Origin: an uncultured Gemmatimonadota bacterium
GTDB lineage: Bacteria; JAAXHH01
Length of the DNA: 64,000 nucleotides
Assembly: GCA_951812955.1 (NCBI GenBank)
Contig: OX638340.1
Coordinates: forward strand, 2,816,001 to 2,880,000
Reading direction: 5' to 3'
Shown here: one piece after another, positions 40,529 to 48,836 of the stretch
How positions within the stretch are numbered: the stretch's first letter is position 1
Layout: every line of letters begins with the position of its first letter
Notes under the pieces: generated by a model
What the model was told of the DNA's origin: nothing
Seen by the model: only the letters and a program-made list of their open reading frames with translations
Databases searched by the model: none
Translations under genes and position numbers: made by a program

Positions 40529-42244
40529 ATGCGACGAACCATCCCATATCTTTTCCTGCTCGTGTTTCTTTCGGCTCCGGACACCTTCGCCCAGCATGTC
40601 AACGCCATCGGCGTCGAGTTACCCAAAGACGCCGCGCCGCCGGAACGGCAGCGGTTGCGGTTCTTCGAGATGGACGGGACGTACATGGAATGGTTCAAGA
40701 CCATTTACAAGCGCAGTCCGGCCACGAATCTCATTGGCGAGCCGCTGGTACGCCAGGACCATAACTACGACCTGGTGCCGGCCGCCGCCAAATCCTGGGA
40801 GGCCACACCGGACGGATATACGTGGCTGTTCCACCTGCGCTCCGGAATGCAGTGGGACGACGGACGGCCCTTCAACGCCCATGACTATGTCTTTACCTTT
40901 CGCCGGGGAGCGGACCCGGACAATGCCTACGACTTCGAGTGGCATTACCGCATCATCAAGAACTGGAGCGCCGTGGTAGCCCGGCAACTGCCCGTCGATT
41001 CGCTCGGCGTCGAGGCCATAGACGATACGACACTGGCCGTGCATACCGAGCAGCCCGTACCCTACCTGCCCTTCAATCTCATTATGAGCTGGGCTTCGCC
41101 GGAACACGCGGTGGCCAAGTACGGCGATGAATGGTCGACCCGGGCGGAGACCCATGTTTCATCCGGCCCGTTCAAGGTCTCGGAATGGCGCAAGAACGAG
41201 GTCATCGTCCTGGACGCCAATCCGATGTATCGGGGTTCGATGCCGCCCTTGCTCGACCAGGTGATCATCCGGGTGTTCTCCCAGTCGGCCCAGCCGCTCA
41301 TGCTGTCGGCATATACGGCCGAAGAGGTGGACATGATCCTCCTGTCCGGCCAGGCGTCTCTGGGCCGGGTAAAGAGCGACCCGGTGCTCCGCCACGAACT
41401 GCATTCCATGGTAAACTTCGTCACTTTTTACATGACCATGGATACGTACAATCCGCCCTTCGACGACCTGCGGGTACGGAAAGCCTTCGCCCATTCCATC
41501 GATCGGACCGCCCTGATGGACTCCGCCCTGAAGGACGTGGGTGTGGCGGCCTACAGTATGCTGGCTCCCGGTTTCCCCGGTTCGAAACCAGAGGCATTCC
41601 GGAATACGTTTCCTTACGATCCCGAACGCGCCAGGCAGTTGATGGCCGAAGCCGGATACCCCGACGGCAAGGGGTTTCCCCAGGTCGATCTCTGGATCCG
41701 CGCCCACGATGTCCAGTCCACCCGCCTGCCCGCCGAGGCCATCCAGGCGATGATCGCCGACGCGCTGAACGTACGGGTCGGAGTGCGGGTGATCGAACGA
41801 AAAGTGTTCACGGACGGCTTGAACAACCACGAGGTAACACTGGCCCTGGTGGCCTACAGCCAGGACTTCCCGGATCCGGCCAATCTGCTCGGGCTATGGC
41901 GGTCGAGGGGGCGTCACGCGTGGCACGACGAGACCTTCGAACGGCTGATTCACGAGGGCAACGAGTTCATGGGATCGCCCGAAGAAAGGTACGCCATCTA
42001 CCACGCAGCAGAGCGCAGGCTCGTGGAGGACGTGGGCGGCATCTTCCTCTGGTTTCCCGTGGAGCACCGTCTGTGGAAACCCGATTTCTACAGCCCTACC
42101 CTTCTTCCCAACCGCCTCGGCATGGAAGTCTGGTCCAACCTGACCTGGATGAACGGATATTTCAGGAATACGGATCGGGCGGCAGCGGTGGATCGGCCGG
42201 GCAACCGCGGCCTCTGGGACTGGCTGAAATCCGCCCTGGACTGA
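40529..42244 (+). CDS. ABC transporter substrate-binding protein, family 5 (peptide/nickel/opine type)
   Basis: 571 aa. Signal peptide (LFLLVFLSAPDTFAQ). SBP_bac_5-like blocks (WLFHLRSGMQWDDGRPFNAHDYVFTF). No permease or ATPase genes adjacent. Confidence 0.8.
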   Translation: MRRTIPYLFLLVFLSAPDTFAQHVNAIGVELPKDAAPPERQRLRFFEMDGTYMEWFKTIYKRSPATNLIGEPLVRQDHNYDLVPAAAKSWEATPDGYTWLFHLRSGMQWDDGRPFNAHDYVFTFRRGADPDNAYDFEWHYRIIKNWSAVVARQLPVDSLGVEAIDDTTLAVHTEQPVPYLPFNLIMSWASPEHAVAKYGDEWSTRAETHVSSGPFKVSEWRKNEVIVLDANPMYRGSMPPLLDQVIIRVFSQSAQPLMLSAYTAEEVDMILLSGQASLGRVKSDPVLRHELHSMVNFVTFYMTMDTYNPPFDDLRVRKAFAHSIDRTALMDSALKDVGVAAYSMLAPGFPGSKPEAFRNTFPYDPERARQLMAEAGYPDGKGFPQVDLWIRAHDVQSTRLPAEAIQAMIADALNVRVGVRVIERKVFTDGLNNHEVTLALVAYSQDFPDPANLLGLWRSRGRHAWHDETFERLIHEGNEFMGSPEERYAIYHAAERRLVEDVGGIFLWFPVEHRLWKPDFYSPTLLPNRLGMEVWSNLTWMNGYFRNTDRAAAVDRPGNRGLWDWLKSALD

Positions 42245-42366
42245 GCCTAAAACTCCGCGGAATTAAAACGAATGGCTTGAGTTACTGTTCCGATCAAACC
42301 AATATCGTGTAGTTTGGTCCGTTGTGGTCTCTTTCGTGTCACTATGGTGATGACGCGCGCGGCATG

Positions 42367-43584
42367 CTACGCGGTGCGTGAAAAACGTTCCAGCGCCGCG
42401 TCGTCGATCCGGACGCCCAGACCGGGATCGTCGGTTACTGGAAACGCGCCGTCGACAGGTTGCGGGGCTTCCAGGGCGTAGCGGCATCTCGTGGGATAGG
42501 ACTCGTGGCCGTGTTCCATGATCAGGAAGTTGGGGATGGCCGCGGACAGCTGGATGGTCGCGGCTATGGACAGCAGGCCACCTCCTCCAATGTGGGGTGA
42601 CACGGGGATGTTGTAAGTCTCCGCGAGCACGGCGATGCGTTTCCCCTCGGTCAGCCCCGTACGGCCGATATCCGGCATCACCACGTCGCAGGTCCTTCTT
42701 TCGAAGGCTTCCCTCATCTCGAAACGGGTGCGGTACCACTCTCCGTTTGCGACGTGCATGTCCAGCGCCCGGGTAACGGCCGCGTGGCCTGCCAGATCTT
42801 CGGGCAGGATAGGCGCCTCCAGCCAGTATACGTCCAATGCTTCCAGTTCCCGGCCCAGCCTGATGGCCCCGGCCACGTCGAATTCGGTGTGGACGTCCAC
42901 CATGACGGCGATGTCCTGACCGACGCGATCGCGGACGGCCGCGGCGATGGCGACTGTTCCTTTATGGTCACTCGCCGGGGAGAGTTTCAGTCCACGGTAA
43001 CCTGCGGCCACGAGACTCTCGGCCCGGTCCGCCGCGCTCTTGGGGTCGCGTCCGGCGCATCCCGAATAAAGCTCGATCCGATCGCGAAACCGACTCCCGA
43101 GCAGTTTATGCACCGGCATGTCCAGCGCCTTGCCCTTCAGGTCCCACAGGGCGATGTCGCAAGCGGCCAGGGCATCGACATAAAAACCGGTCGGATGTCC
43201 CCTTTCCCGCATTCCGTCGAAGAGGCGTTGCCACAGGAACTCCACGTCGAAGGGGTCCGCACCGATCAGTGCGGGGCGGCACAGGTCTTCCACGATGGTC
43301 CGCGTGGTACCTGGCAATATCGGACTTTGCCCTTCGCCGTAGCCGACGAGGCCTTCGTCGGTCGTTACGCGCACCACCAGGGTCTCGTGCATATCCGACT
43401 TGAAAGCGTGTCTGGCCTCCGGTATGAAATAAGGGGAGGACGCGCCGGGCTCAGCGGAATTGTCGCCGTGCGCACCGGGATCGGCGGAGTTGCCGCCGCG
43501 CGTATCCGTATCGCGGCCGTGCATATTCGGGTCCCCTTCTTTCGAGATACGTATAGCGAAAGCTTCGACGTTCGAGATTCTCAT
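42367..43584 (-). CDS. enolase-superfamily enzyme (mandelate racemase/muconate lactonizing family, acid-sugar dehydratase-like)
   Basis: Start at MRISNVEAFAIRI preceded by GAGGA. Capping domain VRVTTDEGLVGYGEG. Metal-ligand blocks MVDVH, WLEAPI and VANGEW. Carries a 30-bp in-frame duplication near the N-terminus. Confidence 0.8.
   Translation of the reverse strand: MRISNVEAFAIRISKEGDPNMHGRDTDTRGGNSADPGAHGDNSAEPGASSPYFIPEARHAFKSDMHETLVVRVTTDEGLVGYGEGQSPILPGTTRTIVEDLCRPALIGADPFDVEFLWQRLFDGMRERGHPTGFYVDALAACDIALWDLKGKALDMPVHKLLGSRFRDRIELYSGCAGRDPKSAADRAESLVAAGYRGLKLSPASDHKGTVAIAAAVRDRVGQDIAVMVDVHTEFDVAGAIRLGRELEALDVYWLEAPILPEDLAGHAAVTRALDMHVANGEWYRTRFEMREAFERRTCDVVMPDIGRTGLTEGKRIAVLAETYNIPVSPHIGGGGLLSIAATIQLSAAIPNFLIMEHGHESYPTRCRYALEAPQPVDGAFPVTDDPGLGVRIDDAALERFSRTA
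43445..43504 (-). repeat. 30-bp in-frame tandem duplication (x2) within the enolase-superfamily gene
   Basis: Units at 43445-43474 and 43475-43504 encode GGNSADPGAH / GDNSAEPGAS, inserted between the first beta-strand (AFAIRISKEG) and the conserved VRVTTDEG block. Confidence 0.85.
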
Positions 43585-43588
43585 GATT

Positions 43589-44827
43589 TCAATCCTCGGG
43601 CCGTTCACCGGCGGGCGCCATCTTCACCAGCCTGGGTTCGAAGCGGGCCACCACTTCCACCAGGTCGGTCTGCGCCGCCATCACCTCTTCGATATTCTTG
43701 TACACAAAAGGGACTTCGTCGAGACCGGCGGACATGAGCGTGACGCCTCTCTCCCGGAGGATCCGGTTGGCGTCCTGCCAGTTCAGGCTCCTGATCGCCC
43801 GTTTCCGGCTCATCACGCGGCCGGCGCCGTGGGCGGCCGAATTCATGGCGTCCCGGCTCCCCTTCCCACGGACCACGAAGGCGGGACTCGCCATCGAACC
43901 GGGTATGATGCCCAGCACGCCCCGGCCGGCCGGCGTAGCGCCCTTCCGGTGTACCACTGCTTTCCGGTCCGGACGCTGGCCGGGGACGGTGATTCTTTCC
44001 TTCCACGCGAAGTTATGGTGGTTTTCCAGGTCAAGCAACACTTCCGCGCCGAGATAACCGGCCATGTGGCGGTGTATGCAGGCGTGGTTGGCCGCCGCGT
44101 AGTGTCCCATGAGCTCCATGGCCGCCCAGTACTCCTGGCCCGGTTCGGTGTCCAGGTCCAGCCAGGCGAGATGGCGCTGCTCTTTGGACAGCCCGGGACG
44201 CAGGGACATGGCCAGCCTGCTGTAATGGGAGGCGACCATGGCGCCGGTCCCCCGGCTGCCGCTGTGAGAAAGCAGGGCGAGGTAGGCGCCGGTATCCAGC
44301 CCGTTCAACGGTTCGTTCAGGGTCAGTTCACCGAATTCGACGAAATGGTTGCCGCTCCCACTGGTGCCCAGTTGGCTCCAGGCCTTGTCCCTGGCCTTGC
44401 GCGTCACGGGAGATACGGACCAGTTCCGGTCAAGGACCGGGTGACTTCGGCGTTTCTTGAAACTGGATCCGACGCCGAAGCGTGTCTCCGCGGAGATGGC
44501 CTTTCTGAGCCGGTCCGTTCCCCGGTCCTGGCGCAGCGTGTCCAGGGGCATGTCCAGGACGGTCAGTTTCATCCGGCAGGCGATGTCGACGCCCACGGCG
44601 TAGGGAATGACCGCGTTGTCTGTGGCCAGCACGCCGCCGATGGGCAGGCCGTAACCCACGTGGGCGTCCGGCATCAGCGCGCCGGCCAGGGCCACGGGCA
44701 GGGAACAGGCCCGTTCCATCTGCTGGACCGACTGCGCGTCCAGGTCCCGCCCCCACTGCCGATAGGGTATTTTTTTTGGCACTTGCCGCGTTCCTGGATA
44801 AGGGTCCGCAGTCCATACCGCGCGCAT
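43589..44827 (-). CDS. rtcB: RNA 3'-phosphate/2',3'-cyclic phosphate ligase RtcB
   Basis: 412 aa. RtcB blocks MPDAHVGYGLPIGG, VGVDIACRM, GSGNHFVEFG, HSGSRGTG, ENHHNF, HRKGAT and the guanylyl-His block AAHGAGRVMSR. Confidence 0.92.
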   Translation of the reverse strand: MRAVWTADPYPGTRQVPKKIPYRQWGRDLDAQSVQQMERACSLPVALAGALMPDAHVGYGLPIGGVLATDNAVIPYAVGVDIACRMKLTVLDMPLDTLRQDRGTDRLRKAISAETRFGVGSSFKKRRSHPVLDRNWSVSPVTRKARDKAWSQLGTSGSGNHFVEFGELTLNEPLNGLDTGAYLALLSHSGSRGTGAMVASHYSRLAMSLRPGLSKEQRHLAWLDLDTEPGQEYWAAMELMGHYAAANHACIHRHMAGYLGAEVLLDLENHHNFAWKERITVPGQRPDRKAVVHRKGATPAGRGVLGIIPGSMASPAFVVRGKGSRDAMNSAAHGAGRVMSRKRAIRSLNWQDANRILRERGVTLMSAGLDEVPFVYKNIEEVMAAQTDLVEVVARFEPRLVKMAPAGERPED

Positions 44828-44838
44828 TGCGCGGCGGA

Positions 44839-45729
44839 TCAGAAACCGGCGATCTGGCGGCCGCCGAAGGTCAATCGGTACATGAGCCGTTCATAGCGCG
44901 TATCGTCGAAGGGCGTCGGGGCGTGCAGCGTACACCGGTTGTCCCAGACCACCAGATCGCCCGGGCGCCATCGGTGCATGTATGTGTATTCATCCTGCGT
45001 CGCATGCTCCTGCAGGCCATACAGCAGCGCCTCGCCCTCCGACTTTTCCAGACCCTCGACGGACTCAATGTGGCAGAGGGGGAGATAGAGCGATTTCCGA
45101 TTGGTCTCCGGATGCCGGGCGACCAGGGGCCGGACAATCGGGGGAAACTGCTCGAGGAGCGCCTTGCTGAGCGGTGGCCGGTGCCGGTTTTTCTTCCTGA
45201 GCAGTTCGTTTAGATGATTGTAGGAATGGACGGTTCGGATGGAGTCGATGCGTGCCTTGACGTCGTCCGGCAGGCCCTCGTAGGCCGCGGTCATCCCCGC
45301 GAAGCCCGTCTCCCCGCCCTCGGGAGGCGTGCGTACGCAGAACAGGCAGGAACCGGCCGGCTGGGGATGGCGGAATGAATCGTCCATGTGCCACAGCAAC
45401 GGCGGTGGGTCCGCCTGGATGAAAAGAGCGGTGTGCATGCCGTCCTTCCTGGCATTGCCGATCCGCAGTATGTCGGGATAGTGCGGCACCAGGAAATCCG
45501 GATCGTATTTCTCGTTTCCCTCCGGCGTCCCGAAACGGGTCACGAATCTCAGGAGATCGGCGGGATCGATATGGCCTTGATCACGGATGAGGATCAATCC
45601 ACCCGCTTCGTGAAACGCGGCAATGGCCTGGTTGACCATGGTTTCATCGAGCCTTGCGAGATCCAGGCCGTCGAGTTCGGCTCCGAAACCGGACCGGGTA
45701 ATCGGGATGCAATTGGTTTGTGTGATCAT
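44839..45729 (-). CDS. TauD/TfdA family Fe(II)/2-oxoglutarate dioxygenase
   Basis: 296 aa from MITQTNCIPITRSGFGAELDGLDL. WHMDDSF (HxD). GDLVVWDNRCTLHAP (distal His). The ORF-track extension to 46323 overlaps the upstream gene and was rejected. Confidence 0.85.
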   Translation of the reverse strand: MITQTNCIPITRSGFGAELDGLDLARLDETMVNQAIAAFHEAGGLILIRDQGHIDPADLLRFVTRFGTPEGNEKYDPDFLVPHYPDILRIGNARKDGMHTALFIQADPPPLLWHMDDSFRHPQPAGSCLFCVRTPPEGGETGFAGMTAAYEGLPDDVKARIDSIRTVHSYNHLNELLRKKNRHRPPLSKALLEQFPPIVRPLVARHPETNRKSLYLPLCHIESVEGLEKSEGEALLYGLQEHATQDEYTYMHRWRPGDLVVWDNRCTLHAPTPFDDTRYERLMYRLTFGGRQIAGF

Positions 45730-45773
45730 GGTGGAGACGAACTCCGGTACGGTCAGGTGACTGGAAGGGACGC

Positions 45774-45862
45774 TCCGCACAGCGCAATTTCCCGCGACCG
45801 TGCAGCGCGATTTTCTGCTCCGCACAGCGTAGTGTCCCGCTCCGCTCAGCGCAGTTTCCCGC
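45774..45862 (-). repeat. four tandem ~22-bp units derived from the 3' end (last codons plus stop) of the D-TA family gene
   Basis: Units: TCCGCACAGCGCAATTTCCCGC (45774-45795), GACCGTGCAGCGCGATTTTCTGC (45796-45818), TCCGCACAGCGTAGTGTCCCGC (45819-45840), TCCGCTCAGCGCAGTTTCCCGC (45841-45862). The last unit is the real gene end (...GKLR-stop, stop at 45846-45848). Confidence 0.85.
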
Positions 45863-46934
45863 GGCCGAGAATAGGCCATACGGTCTCGACGACCCCGTTG
45901 CGGATTCCGTAGAGGTGGTCGTGAAGAAACAGGGTGACGTCGGTGTAGGCCACCATGAGGTCGAGTTTGTCGCCGACGGCGATTTCGTGATTTGGACTGT
46001 TGAAGGTCACGGTGCCGTGTTCCGCCGACATGCGCACGCTCTTTACGTCTTCGACGCCCACCGGCATGGGCATGCCGAACCACGCGGGCACCGTCTTGAA
46101 CCCGGCGTCCACGATTAGCCGGTCCGGTTCGGGGCGGCTGGTGACCGAAACGTGCACGTATATCGCCGGGTCGGTCCGAACCCCCCAGAGGGAATACATC
46201 ACGTCGTTGAAGATCGCGCCGCCCGCCTGGATCTCGGTGATCCCTTCCAGGTCGGGTGTAACCGACAGTGTGCCGCTTCCTCCGCCGCTCACGATGTCGC
46301 AGGGCAGTCCCGCGGCCCGGCACCGTTCCGCGGAATCCACGAGGTCTCCCACGGCCCGTCTGATCTCCCCGTGTTTCCAGTCGGAGCCTTCCTCCACGCA
46401 GGCATGTCCCTCCCAGGCCATGACGCCCCGGAATCGCAGGCCTGCAGTCTCGTGGACCTTGCGGGCGAGTGCGACGACCGCGTCACCGGGCCGGACTCCG
46501 GCCCGTTCCATGCCCGTGTTCAGTTCGATGAGCACGCCGACTTCGACGCCGGTTTCGACCGCGGTGCGACCCAGGTCCACCAGCGTGGCGTCGCTGTCGA
46601 CGGCGACTTTCACGTCCGCCTGCCTGCAGAGATGGGCCAACCGGGTGTATTTCGGCGGACCCACCACCTGGTTGGCGATCAGGAGGTCCTCGACGCCTCC
46701 CGCGACCATGACCTCGGCCTCGCCGAGCTTGGCGCAGGTGACCCCGATCGCGCCGGCCTTCAACAATCTGTGGGCAATTGCCGGGATCTTGACGCCCTTG
46801 ATGTGCGGGCGCCAGTCCACGCCGGCCTCTTTCAATCGATTCCCCACGGTTCGAATGTTGCTTTCGAGGCGATCCAGGTCTACCCACAGCACCGGGGTAT
46901 CCAGATCCTCCTTATGTATTCCGATCTCGTCCAA
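45846..46934 (-). CDS. D-TA family PLP enzyme (D-threonine aldolase / D-serine dehydratase-like, alanine-racemase fold)
   Basis: 362 aa. N-terminus DLDTPVLWVDLDRLESNIR. PLP-lysine region WRPHIKGVK. C-terminal beta domain. Confidence 0.75.
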   Translation of the reverse strand: MDEIGIHKEDLDTPVLWVDLDRLESNIRTVGNRLKEAGVDWRPHIKGVKIPAIAHRLLKAGAIGVTCAKLGEAEVMVAGGVEDLLIANQVVGPPKYTRLAHLCRQADVKVAVDSDATLVDLGRTAVETGVEVGVLIELNTGMERAGVRPGDAVVALARKVHETAGLRFRGVMAWEGHACVEEGSDWKHGEIRRAVGDLVDSAERCRAAGLPCDIVSGGGSGTLSVTPDLEGITEIQAGGAIFNDVMYSLWGVRTDPAIYVHVSVTSRPEPDRLIVDAGFKTVPAWFGMPMPVGVEDVKSVRMSAEHGTVTFNSPNHEIAVGDKLDLMVAYTDVTLFLHDHLYGIRNGVVETVWPILGRGKLR

Positions 46935-47145
46935 AGTTCGTTCCTCTCTTGTGGCCTTTACTGATCCAGTCGTCGATCAACCTTAACCTCGACAGCGGAT
47001 TCCGACAGAAACAGATATTACACAGAACTGATTATTCGTGATTTTCAAAGCTATGCAGACTGCTAATTGTGTATCATATCGGTACCGCCCGTCAAGGACG
47101 TTAAGCGTGTCTCGGCTGACGGCCGCAATCCTTCTTTCCCGCGGT

Positions 47146-48603
47146 TCAACCCCGGTACCGAACATCCTTGTAAGGTGAAACCAGGGGTTCGTCCGGACAG
47201 TGCAGCCTGCCCTTTACCACCCATCCGCAGTCCCGCGCCTCGAGTTCCGCCACGAGAAGGCCCTGCCAGGCTTCGATCTCGTCTCTGAAGGCCGGATCGT
47301 TCACCATGTTCCGGCACTCGCCGGGGTCCGCGTCCAGGTCGAAGAACTGTTTCCGGCCGATGCGCGGCAGCCAGACGAACTTCCGATGGCCGTCCGTCAC
47401 GTACTGCATTTCCTGTTCGGGCGAATAGCACCAGCAGTGCTCTCCGTGAATGTGGGTTCTCCAGCCGTCCGCGTTACCCCGGATTAATGGAAGCAGGCTG
47501 TGCCCGGTCACGGTGGGCGGCCTGTCCACGCCGGCCGCGTCCAGGATCGTCGGCATGATGTCGCGAAGTTCGGCCACGCCATCGGCGACGGGTGACGTCA
47601 CTTCCTCGCTCCACCCGGCAGGCGGGGAGATGATCAGCGGTATCCTCGCGCTGCCCTCGTAGGCGTAGGTCTTGCGCCAGAGATGGTGATCTCCGACCAT
47701 GTCGCCGTGGTCGGACGTGAAGACGACCCAGGTGTTGGACCAGGCCTCCGGCTCGTATCGATCCATCCAGTTCTTGAGACGCCCGATCTGCGTGTCGATG
47801 AACGAGATCTCTCCGTAATAACCGGACCTGCCGCGATGTATGCGCTGATCCGACTGCCTGCCCCGCCACGCGTTCACGTCCGTTGCGTCGAAGGGCACGT
47901 CGTGCATGTCCGCCCAGTCGCCGATGAACGGCGGCGGGGTCTCCCGGTCGTGGTACAGGTCGAAGTACCAGCCGGGGGGGACGTACGGCGAATGAGGCCG
48001 GGCGAAGCTGACATTGAGAAAGAAGGGTCTCGAACGGTCCCGCTGCGAAATGTAATGGATCGCCCGGCTCATGGTCCATGCGGTCGGATGAAGGTATTCC
48101 TCCGTGTGCCAGGGGCGTCCGATCCAAGCATTCCAGTTGACCCCGTGATCGTCCGGTGTGATGTCCCGTTTTTTTTCCCGGTCGAACCACTGGCGGTATT
48201 CGTCCCGCAGGCCCTGGGCGAACATCCGGCCGGATTCATCCAGCTCCGCCGACTGAAAACCCATGTCCGCCCGTTGCGGAGAGAAGTGTCCCTTGCCCAC
48301 CAGGTGGGTCGCATACCCGGCATCTGCCAGCGTGCCGGCCAGGGTATGAGGGAAGTCGTTGGGTATGGGCCCCTGTCCCCGCCCCATACCGAGGACGCCC
48401 GTGTGCCACTGGTCCATGCCGGTCATCACGGTCGACCGGGCGGGTATGCAGGAAGGTACCGCGGTGTAAGCGTGGGGAAACCGCGTGCCCCGCGCGGCCA
48501 GGTGATCCAGGTTCGGGGTTTCCACCACGGGATGCCCGTCGCAACCCAGACTGTCTCCGCGCATCTGGTCCGCCATGATGAATATGACATTGGGAAGGGA
48601 CAC
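47146..48603 (-). CDS. sulfatase (Cys-type formylglycine, arylsulfatase A family), no signal peptide
   Basis: GTG start 9 nt after AGGAG gives MSLPNVIFIMADQMRGD. Formylglycine motif SCIPARSTVMTG (CxPxR). The ORF-track N-terminal extension lacks any signal-like segment. Confidence 0.85.
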   Translation of the reverse strand: MSLPNVIFIMADQMRGDSLGCDGHPVVETPNLDHLAARGTRFPHAYTAVPSCIPARSTVMTGMDQWHTGVLGMGRGQGPIPNDFPHTLAGTLADAGYATHLVGKGHFSPQRADMGFQSAELDESGRMFAQGLRDEYRQWFDREKKRDITPDDHGVNWNAWIGRPWHTEEYLHPTAWTMSRAIHYISQRDRSRPFFLNVSFARPHSPYVPPGWYFDLYHDRETPPPFIGDWADMHDVPFDATDVNAWRGRQSDQRIHRGRSGYYGEISFIDTQIGRLKNWMDRYEPEAWSNTWVVFTSDHGDMVGDHHLWRKTYAYEGSARIPLIISPPAGWSEEVTSPVADGVAELRDIMPTILDAAGVDRPPTVTGHSLLPLIRGNADGWRTHIHGEHCWCYSPEQEMQYVTDGHRKFVWLPRIGRKQFFDLDADPGECRNMVNDPAFRDEIEAWQGLLVAELEARDCGWVVKGRLHCPDEPLVSPYKDVRYRG

Positions 48604-48836
48604 GGAAGTTCGCTCCTGGTTCAACGTAACGTTACAATGGAGACATCGGGGCCGGGCTTCATAACTTATACTCCATCCGTCTTCTGTCAAGAATCGCCGT
48701 GCCCGTGCGATGGCCGGTGCGCCCGCGGTTAAACCCTTAAACCGCTTGACATTGGGCTTATCTCTTTCACATTTCACTGATGACCTGAAAACGGAAGTCT
48801 GGACAGGATGGCCCTGTACAAGGAGGCATACGCCCT

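Noticed and set aside
45730-46323. 198-codon extension of the TauD-family ORF.
   Set aside because: It overlaps the D-TA gene and the tandem repeats and has an Arg-rich nonsense-like composition. The conserved TauD N-terminus starts at MITQTN (45729).
48755-48790. TTGACA hexamer upstream of the class V PLP-enzyme gene as a promoter.
   Set aside because: No acceptable -10 hexamer lies at a 16-19 nt spacing (best candidate ACATTT). Not reported as a feature.
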